A model generated the notes under the pieces. The model saw only the letters and a program-made list of their open reading frames with translations, had not been told where the DNA came from and made no database searches. The position numbers were made by a program, and so were the translations under genes. Source: Cyanidioschyzon merolae (taxonomy: Eukaryota). From it: 64,000 nt of DNA. The number at the start of each line of letters is the position of its first letter. Positions within the stretch are counted from its first letter, which is position 1. Location: the NCBI GenBank assembly GCA_000091205.1, contig AP006500.2, one strand, 5' to 3'. This document shows, in pieces, positions 21,961-36,708 of the stretch.

Positions 21961-24270
21961 GACCGTTTATATTGCCTGGGGAATAGCACCCACAACCAGT
22001 CCAAACCGGTTTGACAATGCACATCGACGTTGTGACACGTGCTGTAGTGTTGGCGATCGTGGTGGCGTGTGCCCTGCGTCCAAGATCGCCACCGCATCGC
22101 GTGTCGAGCCTGTAGCGTGCCACGTGTCCCATAGAGGGAAAAACGATGCTGTGGAGGCCCTCGGTGCCACGACGCTGCGCGCTAGGGACAATACTGTACA
22201 TGTCGTTGATCGTCTCCCATACCAATTGTGTTCCACAGCCCGGTGCGTGTCCTGAAATGCTTTTTTAGCAGATCATAGCAGATGCGATCGAGTTGGGTTC
22301 ATTTGAAGAAATAGAAAATCTAAGGCAAAGTTGTGGAGATAAGCGCAGGGGATCTCGAAGAGCCGATGTCGCCGAGTGCAGGAAAAAGCCGAAAGGAATA
22401 CCTTCTCGTCGGCCATCGATCGGAGATAAACAAGCGACGGCGACGAGGAAGAAGATGAGAGGGGAGGAGATCGTCGAGAAAAGGTATTTACTCGACGTCA
22501 TGATGACGAGATTATAGCATTATAGAGGGCATGAGTTTTAGGCATCCTTGCAGCGGCGCGTTCAGCCCGCGTCAATACGCGCATAGAGTTCGTGAACCGA
22601 TACTTCAACGCCGCTGCAGATATCAGACGATTTGCGGTGCTGGAGGCCAGTCCCTGGTAGCTCACGTGATCCAACATTGTGGGGCAGCGTCCCAGACTCG
22701 AAATGTGCCCAGATAAACTGAAACTGATGGAAGGCGGCCGGTCGAAAAAGGCTGGGAGGCGTCTTCAAGTCGCCGTATATGCATACCCCCCGTGGTCGTG
22801 GGGCATTACGTTCTTCACTGAACACAGATCGGAGCGCGCAGATCGTCTAGTCTGCTGTAGAGAAGAGAGGCATGCGAGCCGTTCTCGGTGTTCAAGCATT
22901 AACGAGTCGCTCGTACGCATGGACACGACAACGAGACGTCGAGCACGAGGCAGTGCATAGCCATATGCGTCACTTTCGCACGCGCGTGCACGTAGGACAC
23001 GTTGTTGCCGCGCAGAGGACAGCGAGGTATCTAGTCTGAGCCAGTGGATAATCCAATGGGCCGTTTTCGCATTTTTATGCACGACGGGATGCTGTCTATT
23101 AAAACGGACTGGCGCGGGTACGCGGACGCAGCCGGTCGTGAGAGCGGAGTCCACAGCTTCCCTCTAGGGTATTTGTGGAAACGACCGTCTCCCGCACAGA
23201 CTTATGGTCTAGAATGGAGCATTCGGCTGGGGAAATCTCTGATTCCCTCGCAGGCGTGGAACGGGCACTGGACACAAGGCCGCGATGGTCGCGCGCTCGA
23301 AGGCCGGAGGGTTTCACGATACCCTGACGTGATCCAGCCCGAAGTTTCGGAACACTGCCAACTGAGGAGCGTGCACACACAGGGTGCTCCTTGACTTGCG
23401 GTACTGGGGCGGCAAGACGGCAACGATTCGGATTACATGGAAAACGGGTTCGGGCGAGGCGCTTCGGCCTATCATGATGTTTGTGCTGTCGTCGTTGTGC
23501 ATGGCAACGAAGTGCGGGCCCGTCGGACGGTAGAACCACCGCTCTCCAAAGCGACAAACCTCACCACCATGAAAACCCGCGTACGGTGGCTTTTCTGCAT
23601 CACCAGTACTGATTCGAGGGAGCGCCTCCCTGAGGCTTCGGTGTCCCGGGCGCGATTCACTTTGCCTGCGCGGTATTCCGGGCCCAGCGCTCGCATCATT
23701 CATTGATTAGGGTTTTCTGGCAACTTGCTTGTTGCTTGCATGAGCGGTGCGCGCTCTGGGTATGAATTCCGGCATCAAGCCAGGGTCGACTTGCGTATAC
23801 GGTGCGCCAGCTGCTCCGATCAAACATGCAATGCAGCGGAATGTTCGGTTGACGTCGCGCAGCGCTTACAACCATCGGACAAGCATGACGTTGATGCTTC
23901 CGGCACTAAGTCAGAAAGAGCCGTCTCCTGCATTCCAGTATGAAGAAGGCGACAGGGACAACAAAGACACCAGTTTACGGTTCTGGTGAACAAGTTTTCG
24001 AACCGATGCCCCAGTGGCATGAGAAGACCGTTCGGTCTCTGTGCTGCACACGCTCTGGTGCTACAGGAGCTATTGCAGACGCTCAAGGCAGGCTTTGTGT
24101 GATGTAGAGCGTACGAATGACCAATAACTTCAAGGGAGAGTACGAAAAGGATATGGTGGAACTCGGATCTAGAGCTTGGAATAATGGACGCTCTCTCGGA
24201 GGCCGATCTGCTTCTAAGACTAGGTTATCTCTAGTCTCTGCAAACGTTCTGTCCATGAGGAGAGCAATAG

Positions 24271-26514
<2,244 letters not shown>

Positions 26515-27304
26515 GATGCGTAAGGATAAAAGGTCATGAATTTTCGTTTGGATGTTCCGCAGAGAGACCGGCGTGATCGCGACAACATTCCAGTGCATGA
26601 CGCATTCGGCAGTGTCTGGTCACTCGCTATAATGGTGATGGTGCTGCCGCTGCTACGCCCACGCATCGACCACGGGAGCGCTTCGTAATCGAGCCTGGGC
26701 GTTTGTGTGTTTGAGTGTGCGGTGCGTAGCGTATCGTGGCGTCTATCGGTTGCTGTCGACCAGCTCAGAGCACATGGCATGGTGATCTCACAGCAAGTGA
26801 CACCGGGGCGCGTCTGCGTTGTCGCTGAGAAGCTGGGATCTGTTGGCATATGCAATTCACGAGATGGGGTACGTCGAGGGCATGTCAACTGTCGGAAAGA
26901 ATCGGCGCTCAGTTTATACTCCAAATGTCGAGATGCAAAGTGAACTGCGCAGAAAGGAACTCGGTATATCCGGCGGTTCCCCGCAATCATGCTCTCATGC
27001 GCAATACTTAGAAGCTTAAGCGTTAGTCCCCGAGTTGGAGAGAAAGTGCAGCGGAGACGCGTGCAAATTCACCGCATGCGACACGCACGTTTCGCTCTTG
27101 CTCGAGCTCCCGGGCGCTTACCGAAGAGAACCTGAGTGCTCACCAAGAGGCCTCGAGATGAACAAGTAGAGCTTGAAGCCAAAGAGCTTTCTTTCGGTCG
27201 TGTTAGGCATTCGACGGATACCGCACGTCCTGCAAGCATTCGTCCCGCTCCAATATACACTCGATGTACGCTGCGAAACCCCCGGAGTACTCGAACCCAA
27301 CCAC

Positions 27305-27916
27305 CTATGCATAGCCGCATGACACGAGAATCTCTTTCAAATCCGCAGGTAATTTGGCTTCCGCGCGTGCCTTAGCCTCTTCTAAGAGTTTATTCTCCTG
27401 TTTGCGTCGCTCGTACCGTTCCTGTGCCAACTTTTTGCGCTTTTCTTCGAGCTTGTCTACGATTGCTGCACGCTTCCAACCTACTTCAGCACTCAGGCGT
27501 CCAAGTCGGGTCCACTTGCGATCTGGTCGGAGTCGCAGTATCCTCAGGGCACACGGCACGACGCGGCGCTTTGCCTTATCATATGGCGGTGGGATGCCGT
27601 CGAAGGTCTCGAGGCGCGCAAGCGCCTGTGCCCCGCGGGCCGTCTTATGCGGCAGCATGCCTCGTACTGTTCGCCAAAATATTTTTGATGGCGCGCGATA
27701 ATGCCAAGGACCGCATCGCGTCGGGTTCGACGCGTGACGCTTCTGGAGGAACAAGAGGTACTTGTTCTTGTTCCGGATGAAAAGGCCGGAGATCACAAGC
27801 TCCTCACACCGAACCACTATGATCCGTTGTCCGTTTAAGAGCTCTTTCGCTACGACAGCCGCCAGCCGACCAAGTAAGTGGCCGCGTCCGTCAATGACAA
27901 TGGGGCCCTCAAACAT
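27305..27916 (-). CDS. RPL13A: 60S ribosomal protein L13a (uL13).
   Basis: [39 protein letters not shown]...[50 protein letters not shown]...[11 protein letters not shown] matches eukaryotic L13a almost residue for residue. Length 203 aa is typical. Confidence 0.9.
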   Translation of the reverse strand: MFEGPIVIDGRGHLLGRLAAVVAKELLNGQRIIVVRCEELVISGLFIRNKNKYLLFLQKRHASNPTRCGPWHYRAPSKIFWRTVRGMLPHKTARGAQALARLETFDGIPPPYDKAKRRVVPCALRILRLRPDRKWTRLGRLSAEVGWKRAAIVDKLEEKRKKLAQERYERRKQENKLLEEAKARAEAKLPADLKEILVSCGYA

Positions 27917-30651
27917 CGACGTGCGCTTTGTCCCGCAAGACTCGGAACCCAGTGTTGAAGCGGAATTCTCGAACGCAGAGCTGCTGCGGATCGTCCGTCG
28001 GACGTGTTGACGCCGCGTCGCGTCACGTGACGTGGCGCCGCTCCGATGCGCATACGTTATTTACAATAAAGTACAAGTTTTAACCTAGCGTGCTGGGAGC
28101 GGTACAGGGACTCTCGATTTCTGGAAATTTATGGACATTGGCGTGGGCCTTCTCATCGGCGGCGTGCGGCTGGACGCCGCTAGGGCGCATCGCACGACAT
28201 TGATGTCCGTATAGAATGGAGCTGGTCCACGTCATGATCTCGGGCGAACACGCAAAAATTTGGTTTTCTACTGTTGGCATGAACACGGGCCCTTGCGGGC
28301 TTTCTCTGGGACTGCTCCCTTTTTGCCATTCTAGGCTCCTGCTTAACATGCATCGGTATCTCCTGTGCCTCCAGCTCCGTTGTCCGTAGTCGAAGCACGT
28401 GGATGGCAGCGTTAAACTCGCGACTAAAGAGCGAAGGGCTGCTGCTCGCGCATACGCGATTATCACATAGAAAGTTGTTATGATCTAGGCGTCGCTTGCC
28501 ATTTTCATCTTTTTTGTTTGGAGCCTAGATTCGCGCTCCGGAGCGTGAACATTTGATTTGCTCGGGTGTGCCACATATGTCCACCAATGCCCCGCATCCT
28601 CCTCCGAGACCCATACTGTGGCGCGTGAAGGCTTGTTTCGTCGCTCAATACATGCCGTTGATGAGCACAGTGGGCTAGCATCGATACTCTCATCTGTTTT
28701 CACTCCAACCGCCGAACCTGACGAAGGGGGTTTTGTTCAGAGCGCCCTCAGTGCATACTATGTGGGGTGCTCATGCAAGCGAACGCTGTTCCATTGGATA
28801 CAAGCTTTCCTGAACGCGAAGCCTTCCATGATGAAACATTTACTTGAAGGAAAGCGCAAGCAGGCGAAGAGATGAAGAAACTTCCATCCGTCTACGCTCC
28901 GTTCATGCAAAGCGATGACCTGCTCTCCACTGGAAGCGATCGCCCCAGCGATGAAATATCGTGTGCAAGCCCGTTTCTTGACTAGCACAAGAGACGCCAG
29001 CCAATTAGATGTTCTCTTATGAACGGTTTTGCGCTGCTTCGGAATGCCGTTTGTCGATGGTCGTGAATTTAGAAGTAATTGTGTTTCGAGTGGGCTCCAT
29101 TATTTTATGTGGAAGGTTCATCGAGTTTTCGGAATGAGTTTGTGAACAAGTCGCCATTTTGAGGACGTCGAGTGCCTTTCACTGTCAATCCAGAGGCCCG
29201 AATGGCTGTACCCACGAGTTACCTTGAAACAGAAAACTCGAAAAATTGAACATTGCATGTTTTCAGCAGTCTACAAGTGCGCAAAAGAGAAGCGCTGATG
29301 TTTCTACACATGCATTGGATGATGATATCGGATCGAATGCGAACCCCTATTCGAGGACTTGGAGAATTTTCTTTATGAAAGTGACGTAACGAATTCCAGA
29401 TGAAAGAATCGCGGAAGCAGCTCCGAAATAGCGACCGAGAATCCTGAAACTGCACGCTCATCCGAAGGCCCTTCATCCTGGACTTTTAATGCCTAGCGGG
29501 TAATTCTAAAACCAGCTCGAACATGGACCCAAGTACAGAAAGAGATCATGCAGTACAGTGTTCCATTTCCATCTGACATGGCATTGGATACGCGCCACCT
29601 TCTCCAAGCAAGGTTCAGCGAGCCGGTAGCGCATGCGGATCCAGCGCTCCATGCAATTCCTCATCGGTGAATACCGACCGACGACCCGTGAAGCGAATCT
29701 GCGATGCAGTCCAAACACGATTGCAAGGGCGAGGCTCGGTGCCCAGGGACTCGTCCTCATCGGCGGACTTGTCCAACGCCTCGGGCCGCGGAGACAGGCC
29801 TACGTACGCAGCCTGTCCGAGCACACACTGACGTACAGACGCGATTACGCATGGGGTGAAACATTCCTCGAATGGAAACATTCAGCCGTATGGCAAAGCT
29901 AGTGCGTCTCCGAGCTGCATTCGCAGTGTCGGTATAGATGACATTGCGGATGTGCGCGGCAGGCTCTGGGTACGGTGTCCATGCAAAACGACCATCCTGC
30001 CCGCCATAACTGTACGGGTGATGGCTCTCGGACCATGAGGTTACAGTGCGACATAATAGACACACTCCCATATGCCGGTACTCATTGCACAGTCGCAGAT
30101 TCCTGGTTCTCGTAAACGAATATGCAAGGAGATATCCCGCGCGCCGCTCCTCTATGCATCGATTCCGCCACAGAGCGCCTGCAGCGGGGCACACACCCAG
30201 CGACCCCGTTCACGGAATAGCTGACTCGAGCCTTATCACCACATGACCAACCCGTATTCTATTGTAAACGGAGAGCGAAAGCATGAACGCTGCGAGCCGT
30301 TACTACCCAACGCTCTCCGGCTGGTCGATGACGTCCTGTCTTCCGCGTGCAGCGACGCAGCTGTAGACGAAACGGCGCGCGCTACGCATACCCTGTCGCA
30401 GTGTGGATTTTTTAATCGGACAGAACTTTTGCACAGGCCAGCGTTCCCCGACTGTGCGCTTCATATCAGCGCATGGTAAAGCATCCATCATTCCACGCCC
30501 TACTTCCAAGTTCCACTACCAATACTTCCTCTCAGATATACCAGTCGTTTGATCCGTTCTATCGTGTGCCGGGTGCATGCCCTGATCATCGGCGATAGCG
30601 CCTAGAGCGCCGGAGCGCGCTGCCGATGCGCGCGTCGCCGACGCCGCATCC

Positions 30652-31878
30652 GTGATTCCACGTTTCAACGCGCTCACACGAGCGATACGAAACCTCACCT
30701 GTTTTCACTCTATGGCGAGTACTGCTACGCATCGAGCGGAGCGTCTAGTCGGGGATGAAGTTTGGGACCCAGAAACCCAAGAGGTTCACGGCGGTCAGAC
30801 GTGGCAACGCTGCGGAGACGCGTTCGTGGAGGACTTTTCCGTCACCACAAATGCGTTAGGGGCACCGGCGTCCGCACTTGGTGCTGCGCGAGAAGCTCTC
30901 AGCCTGGTCCACCATTACCCCGCGGCGGACTGTGCCGAGGCCCTTAGAGCGCTGTCAGCGTTTTTAGGCGGCTGGCCGACAGATCAGCTCCTTCTCGGCA
31001 ACGGTGCGAGCGAGTTCATCGATCTCGTGATGCGTGTCGCAACCCGAGCCGGCGGTGGCGTTTGTCGAACTGGCCCCTACGAAGCTGCGTACCGGGAATA
31101 CGACAGGGCGGCACGGGCCGCAGCTCGGCGGGTTTGTACCTGGGCCGATACCGAAAACGGCGACGCGCTCACGCTCGGAGAGCAGGTCGGTGTCACCGTG
31201 ATTGTGCACCCGAACTCTCCGACTGGAGACTGTGCTTCCCTCGAGCAACTGGAGGCGTGGATTCGAACCCCGAGCCCAGTAGAGGCGCCCGATGCGGTCT
31301 TCGTAATTGACGAGTCCTTCATGCCGTTTCAGGGTCCACAATGGCGAGCGCAGTCTGCGCTGCAGCTCGTGGAACGGTACCCGTCTCGAGTTCTGGTCAT
31401 CCAGTCGTGGACGAAGCTATGGTGTTGTCCAGGGCTGCGGCTGGGTTCCATCGCCGGATCCAAAGCTTGGATTCGAGAGTTGAAGCGCCTGCAAACGCCG
31501 TGGAGCTGTAACACGATGGCGCAGGCGTTTTGCGTCGCTGCCGCATACGATACCGCCTACATGCAATCAACGTGGCAATTGCTGCCTAAATGGCGGGAAC
31601 GGCAGGAGCAGCTCTTGAAAGCGTTTCCGCTGCGCTGGAGTGTGAATGAGAACAGCCCCCGATGGGTGCCTTGGGTCTACGTCAACTGTGGCAGTGCGGA
31701 GATCGCTGAACGTGCAACGGCCTGTGCTTTCCGGGCCGGATGCCCCGTGAGATGGTGCGCGTCCTTTGGTCGACCGACGTGTCTGCGTCTTGGCGTACGC
31801 GCACCCGAGAAACAGGATATTCTCATGAGCGCACTTCGAATGGAATTCGCCTCGGACGGCTACGAGGCGTCATCGTAG
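30652..31878 (+). CDS. Class I/II PLP-dependent aminotransferase of the CobD/CobC/HisC subfamily (threonine-phosphate decarboxylase-like). Alternative start at 30712 (MASTATH...).
   Basis: HGGQTW...DFSVTTNALGAP resembles the CobD N-terminal HGG...DFSxNxNPLGxP motif. VHPNSPTGD is the N-P-x-N-P-T-G aminotransferase motif. SWTKLWCCPGLRLGS is the PLP-lysine motif SxxKxxxxPGLRxG as in CobD (SLTKFYAIPGLRLGY). Confidence 0.75.
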   Translation: MIPRFNALTRAIRNLTCFHSMASTATHRAERLVGDEVWDPETQEVHGGQTWQRCGDAFVEDFSVTTNALGAPASALGAAREALSLVHHYPAADCAEALRALSAFLGGWPTDQLLLGNGASEFIDLVMRVATRAGGGVCRTGPYEAAYREYDRAARAAARRVCTWADTENGDALTLGEQVGVTVIVHPNSPTGDCASLEQLEAWIRTPSPVEAPDAVFVIDESFMPFQGPQWRAQSALQLVERYPSRVLVIQSWTKLWCCPGLRLGSIAGSKAWIRELKRLQTPWSCNTMAQAFCVAAAYDTAYMQSTWQLLPKWRERQEQLLKAFPLRWSVNENSPRWVPWVYVNCGSAEIAERATACAFRAGCPVRWCASFGRPTCLRLGVRAPEKQDILMSALRMEFASDGYEASS

Positions 31879-32483
31879 CGCGTCAGGCGCTTGGTGCGGC
31901 ATCCACATGCAACTGCGAACATGACTGTGCGCCGCGGGGATCATGCGCACGCGTCGAGGTACGCGGTAGGGATCACGAGTCCCTGCCAGGGACCAACAGG
32001 GTGCATCATCGAGGTCAGCCGCATCACTGTCAGCATGCGTTCATGCGGCCCAGAGCGATGGTGTCTGATTGTGGTGCAAGCAAAAGTGGCCACGAAACCG
32101 CCGGTCCAGATGTCAATACCATTTTATATCAGCCGATCAAGTCTGGAACTCGACATGCTTCATTCGCGCATGCTCGACATGTTGTCGCAGCTCTTGCGAC
32201 ATCAATCTGCATACGCTTTCGTCAGTCTGTTCTGTGGATGCTCAGCGGATTTTTTAAGATAAAATGAGTTTCAACGTCGAAATCGAGGAAGCGACACTCC
32301 ACCCAGCGCATCGAACAGCGCCCCCATGTTTCAGTCGGGTTCCGAGGCAACGACGCATCGCTGCCGGTCGTCTATCCAGGGCCGCAAACTCGGGTCGCGT
32401 CCACGCGCAGACGACGCCGAAGCCCGCACGCCCCCCGACTGCCACCGCCATCTGGTGCATCGTGTTCCCGATGATCGTATCGT

Positions 32484-34616
32484 TTATGATCTGTCCAGGT
32501 CTTCAGGAACGGCATTCGGATCGACTAAATTCAGAAAACTTGTATTGCTCGGGAGCCGTACAAGTGACCCCCAGCTCATTCGCTCGTTGCGTCGTAGAGG
32601 TCGCGTCGACTGCTGCAGGGACACGTCATCGGTGTGATCTCGAGGCGCCGTACGCGGTGCGTGCTCGATAAACATCACATCCGTGTCCGTCGAGTGCGTG
32701 CTCGCGTCCCGCGGCGCATCGCCCTTGCCTCTCGCAACGGGTGTCGCGTTCGGGTACGCACTCGCTGTTGATGCTTCTCCGTCGGTAGCGCGGAATGCCC
32801 CGTGCTCGACGTGCTGCAGCATCTGAAGAAAACGATCCTCCTGAGTGTCGTTGATGGAACTGAGAAACATCCACGCCATCGGTGGTAGTTCATCTGTTGG
32901 CTTGCCGGACAAGAGCTGCAGGATGCTTTGTGTCGAGCCGTTTCGCTGAATCGACAGTGTTCGCGGTGTCAGCGAACGCACAAGCGGAGAAAGCGTTGCC
33001 GAGCGATCCGGTAGCGCGCTCTGGGATGGCAGCAGGCTCGGAGCGTTCACTGGGTATGCTGAAGGTTGCAAGCCGCCCATGCCGCCTGGGTTTGCGACTA
33101 AATCCAGCTCGTCGATTGGCATGGTCACAGCAGCGGTTGCAGTTATCATGGGAGACGCCGTCTCCGGAGTCGGTGAAAAACTATTCACATGACGATCAGA
33201 GAGAACGGATGAAAAATACAAGGGCGATGAAGGTCCGGACCGTCGTTGCCACAAAGGGATCGACTCTCTGGCGGTATCGGGCACAGACTCGATGCCGGAG
33301 CTGTCTCCCGCGGGCGAACCGCGTAGCCTCCTGGTATGTAGCTGCACCTGAAGTAGATCCGCATAGTGCTTGACGCGCGGCTCACATTGCGGATCTTGGG
33401 CAAACGCTTCGAGGCCGCGCTGCAACAGATCCATATCCAATTCCATCGGGCGATACAGGTCTGCCGTTGCGAACGCACCGGCTCGGGAAGCTTGTTGTCC
33501 CGGAACGTATCCTCGATGATCATCACTGGGGGTCGGCGTATGCAAGCTAAGTTCGCTGGGAATCGGGTTGATGCCTTTGACCGGAGCCGGGTACCCCAGG
33601 CGCGTTGTCTCCGGCTCCCGCGTCGCATGTGGATTGAAGAGTGCGTCTTGGCTCCACGTCCGTCCGTATTCGAATTCCTGCAAATCATCCTCTTTCAGAA
33701 TACTCTCCAGTGCTTGGCTAGCCTGTTTGGGCGAAGGATGTTTCAGCTCTCCATCGGCTGCGTCGTCTCGTTGTGATTCTGCGCTTCGGGAGCGGCGTCC
33801 GGCACTACCATCCCCAGCAGTTTTTTGGCGAGCGCTCGAGCGACCGCGCGAGTTTGAGCGCGAACGGCGACCTCTTCCACCATCACTACGAGGGGAATAC
33901 GCGTCACTGCTCGCCAATTCGGGAATATCCAGGGAATCTGTACCCAAAAGCACCGCGAGTTCATCAGGAGCATCTCTTCCGTCCGTAGAGCTCATCGGAA
34001 CCGAGGCTGATTTTGGATCATCCTCTTCTGACTGGCCTTGCTCTTCAACGAGGAAGAGTTCGGTGCGGCGTTGAGTCGCGCTCTCATCCAACGACCGTCG
34101 CCGACGGCCTTTCTTTCGGGATGTCTCGTTCTCTCTGCCCACGGATCGCTCAAATTCCTTGTATCCAGCGGATTGGTCCGTCGTAATCCCTGGTTTCCCG
34201 TCCACACTACTGGCGGAGTCCACGCTGGTGCGCTGCAGGACATCGAGAAGGCTCTGCGATCGAAACTGGTCCCTGGCGGCATCGATCGCCACCATCGGGA
34301 TTCGCATGCCCGTCTGAGAGTCCACTTGTTGGGAGAGAATGAAATATTCCCATATTTGGTCGTTGCTGAGCTGAACATCCCCATTCACAAAGTTCAGAAC
34401 CAGCTTTGCGGCCTCTCGTGCAAGGCGCAGGTAGTATTTCTGGGCGTGTGTGCGCACCTGAGTTGCCGTTCGGGTTGCGACATGCTCCGCAATCGAGCGC
34501 ACATCTTTGAACCCGTAGAGCTCCAGCGCTTGCAAAAAACGCAAGTGCTCTTGCTCGGACCAGTAACGTGGTTGCGGTGTGAGCGCTCCGGAACTTGTTT
34601 TCGCGGTCGCTTTCAT
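32484..34616 (-). CDS. MYB-like (SHAQKYF-class, single-repeat SANT/Myb) DNA-binding protein with a long low-complexity tail. Start chosen at MKATAK; the ORF is open to 34742.
   Basis: WSEQEHLRFLQALELYGFKDVRSIAEHVATRTATQVRTHAQKYYLRL is a canonical SHAQKY(F/Y) Myb/SANT repeat (W...E...F..AL...G..W..I...V..RT..QV.SHAQKYF). The remaining roughly 600 aa are Ser/Pro/Arg-rich and disordered. Confidence 0.7.
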   Translation of the reverse strand: MKATAKTSSGALTPQPRYWSEQEHLRFLQALELYGFKDVRSIAEHVATRTATQVRTHAQKYYLRLAREAAKLVLNFVNGDVQLSNDQIWEYFILSQQVDSQTGMRIPMVAIDAARDQFRSQSLLDVLQRTSVDSASSVDGKPGITTDQSAGYKEFERSVGRENETSRKKGRRRRSLDESATQRRTELFLVEEQGQSEEDDPKSASVPMSSTDGRDAPDELAVLLGTDSLDIPELASSDAYSPRSDGGRGRRSRSNSRGRSSARQKTAGDGSAGRRSRSAESQRDDAADGELKHPSPKQASQALESILKEDDLQEFEYGRTWSQDALFNPHATREPETTRLGYPAPVKGINPIPSELSLHTPTPSDDHRGYVPGQQASRAGAFATADLYRPMELDMDLLQRGLEAFAQDPQCEPRVKHYADLLQVQLHTRRLRGSPAGDSSGIESVPDTARESIPLWQRRSGPSSPLYFSSVLSDRHVNSFSPTPETASPMITATAAVTMPIDELDLVANPGGMGGLQPSAYPVNAPSLLPSQSALPDRSATLSPLVRSLTPRTLSIQRNGSTQSILQLLSGKPTDELPPMAWMFLSSINDTQEDRFLQMLQHVEHGAFRATDGEASTASAYPNATPVARGKGDAPRDASTHSTDTDVMFIEHAPRTAPRDHTDDVSLQQSTRPLRRNERMSWGSLVRLPSNTSFLNLVDPNAVPEDLDRS

Positions 34617-36708
34617 TCGCGCGTTCGCTTTCCGGTTCGTTGGGAGCTGTGAGGAATGAGCAGACTCTCCAAATCGACTAGTACAAGTTGCAGCACGTGG
34701 AAAAACTGCAGCTACGGCACAAGCACTGCCAGAAATATCCATAACAAGCGTTTTTCACGTCGAGGTGCTCCAGTTACCTTTTCGCCTCGTTGGAGCACGA
34801 GCACCCGTGAACCGCGGACCGGAAGGCACGTCTCGGAACAGCGCTGTTGCTTACCTCTAAATCACGAAGCCGTCGTTGCTATATACAGAAGACGAGCTCG
34901 TCGACCAGTAAGGCTAACGCTGGCAAACTCGTCGATAGGCAGGCTGCGGCCTTACTCCGGGGAACCGAAAAGCCTACGTTCAGGGGCTTCTCTACCCAGT
35001 TCTTCCGGACTCTGCAGTTCTTAAAAGTGCTCCCCACAGTTAGTACTCTGTGCAGTGAGCGCTGGTTCCCAGTACTGCTTCCTGGCAACCGAAACGCGCT
35101 CAGTAGCAGGCGAACTTGCCAACGAGTCCAGGCAACTGGATATTGCCTTGTGGCGGTATCAGGAACAGCGCTTCGCGGATGGCTATGCTCGATCGTCCCG
35201 TTGGCGTCACGTGCGTTTCGCGATCCGCGCCAGGGATTCCCTTATTTGCATGGTCAGGGCGCAGCGATGGCCAATGGCGATTCGATCTGTACAGACGCCA
35301 CGTCAATTGTCCCTTTAGGTACAAAATGATACGCATTGTGGGGTGTGCATCTGTGTTGCATGGTGGCAGAGGGCCGGCGGCAACTGCCGCCTCGAGGTCG
35401 TCTGCCCAGATTCATGGAACGTCGGCTCTGCTGGCCCCGGCGGTCTCCGTGGCGTCACCAGGTGCCTCCAAGTAGCCATGTGGTTGATCAGGAACTAGGT
35501 CGCGGTGACACCGCTCGTTCTGCCCGGCGATTGCTCCGCAATGTGCCAAGAATCGTAACCGCCTGCACTATATAGCGAGGGAGCCGCAAGAAGCGCCCGC
35601 GGCAGTGCTTATCATCAAGTGTGAATGATCGAGGAGAGCAACTGATGCTATCTCAGGTACAAGCTCTATAATCGGATGACTAGAAGTTCAGTTCCGTGAT
35701 CGCTTGAGCGTGAGAACGTTTTCCAACCTGGCCGTTGCGTGGCACTTACGCGCACCCTACCCTCGTATCGGGCTGAAGACGTCGCGCAAACGCAAATGAA
35801 TGGGTCCCTGTTGGGCACGACAGAGCGGTGCCTTGTGATTACACGCGGGCTCTTGAGCGATTTCGCTCGATCCAGCGTTCATAATGCTAGCATCTTGGGC
35901 ATTCAGCAGCCGACAAGGCACCAGGTGTGCGTCATGCACGCGTCATCGCAACTGTTGAGCCGTATTTTCTGCATCTGAACGCCTGAGCACCAGTTCAACA
36001 CCACAGGTGGCGTTTCGCGGTGGCGGCATGCACCAGCGACTACGCAGATTCCCCGATAGAAACCGCCATGCGCTGTCGAGAGCCCCGCTGCACGGCATTG
36101 GCGCGAACGGCGGCCTGCAGTCAGTGTTGCGAATGCAGCGCAGCACGTAACCAACAGCAGTTTCCATAATCAACGAAACAAGCGCTACCTCCAGATTCGG
36201 GACATGATTCAGAGCCCAGGATCCAATGAAGGCAGCAACGAGCAGGGTTTTGGTGCCGTGGAGCCTTCGCGCCAGCAGCCAAGGCATCCGCCTGGCAGCG
36301 ATGACAACCGCAGAGAGGCGTCGAGCCCCGCGAGCAGCATCAGAACCGGACAATAACGAACTTAAATACCAATAGGTATACAGATTGGCACGCGCCGCAC
36401 CATCCGTAAGGCTTCTGGACAACGAATCGATTCTATAAAGTAATTTCCCTTACCGACAGAAAGTCTGCACAATTTAGGACACATCGATCACCAGCATCGA
36501 AACGACGTTTGGACGCCTCGCAGGCCCGCCGCGGTTGCAGCGCAGGCGACGGGCGCGCACCGAAGAACGGCCGTCGACCGAGCGCGCGCACTGGGCGGCG
36601 CACTGAGGGCGTCACGCGGCATGCTCGCCAGCGAGCAACCAGCACAAGAACGTGGTGGTGTGGTTTTCGGTAGGCGCCGGCGTCCTCGACCAGGGCGAGC
36701 GGGTGTTC

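Noticed and set aside
27241-27330. GGTTCGAGT / TTCGAAT-type T-loop-like strings here and at 13601, 15265, 3591 and 9500, checked as possible tRNA genes.
   Set aside because: None has complementary 5-bp T-stems or a matching acceptor stem. No cloverleaf could be assembled by eye. I cannot exclude tRNAs without tRNAscan-SE, but none is supportable.
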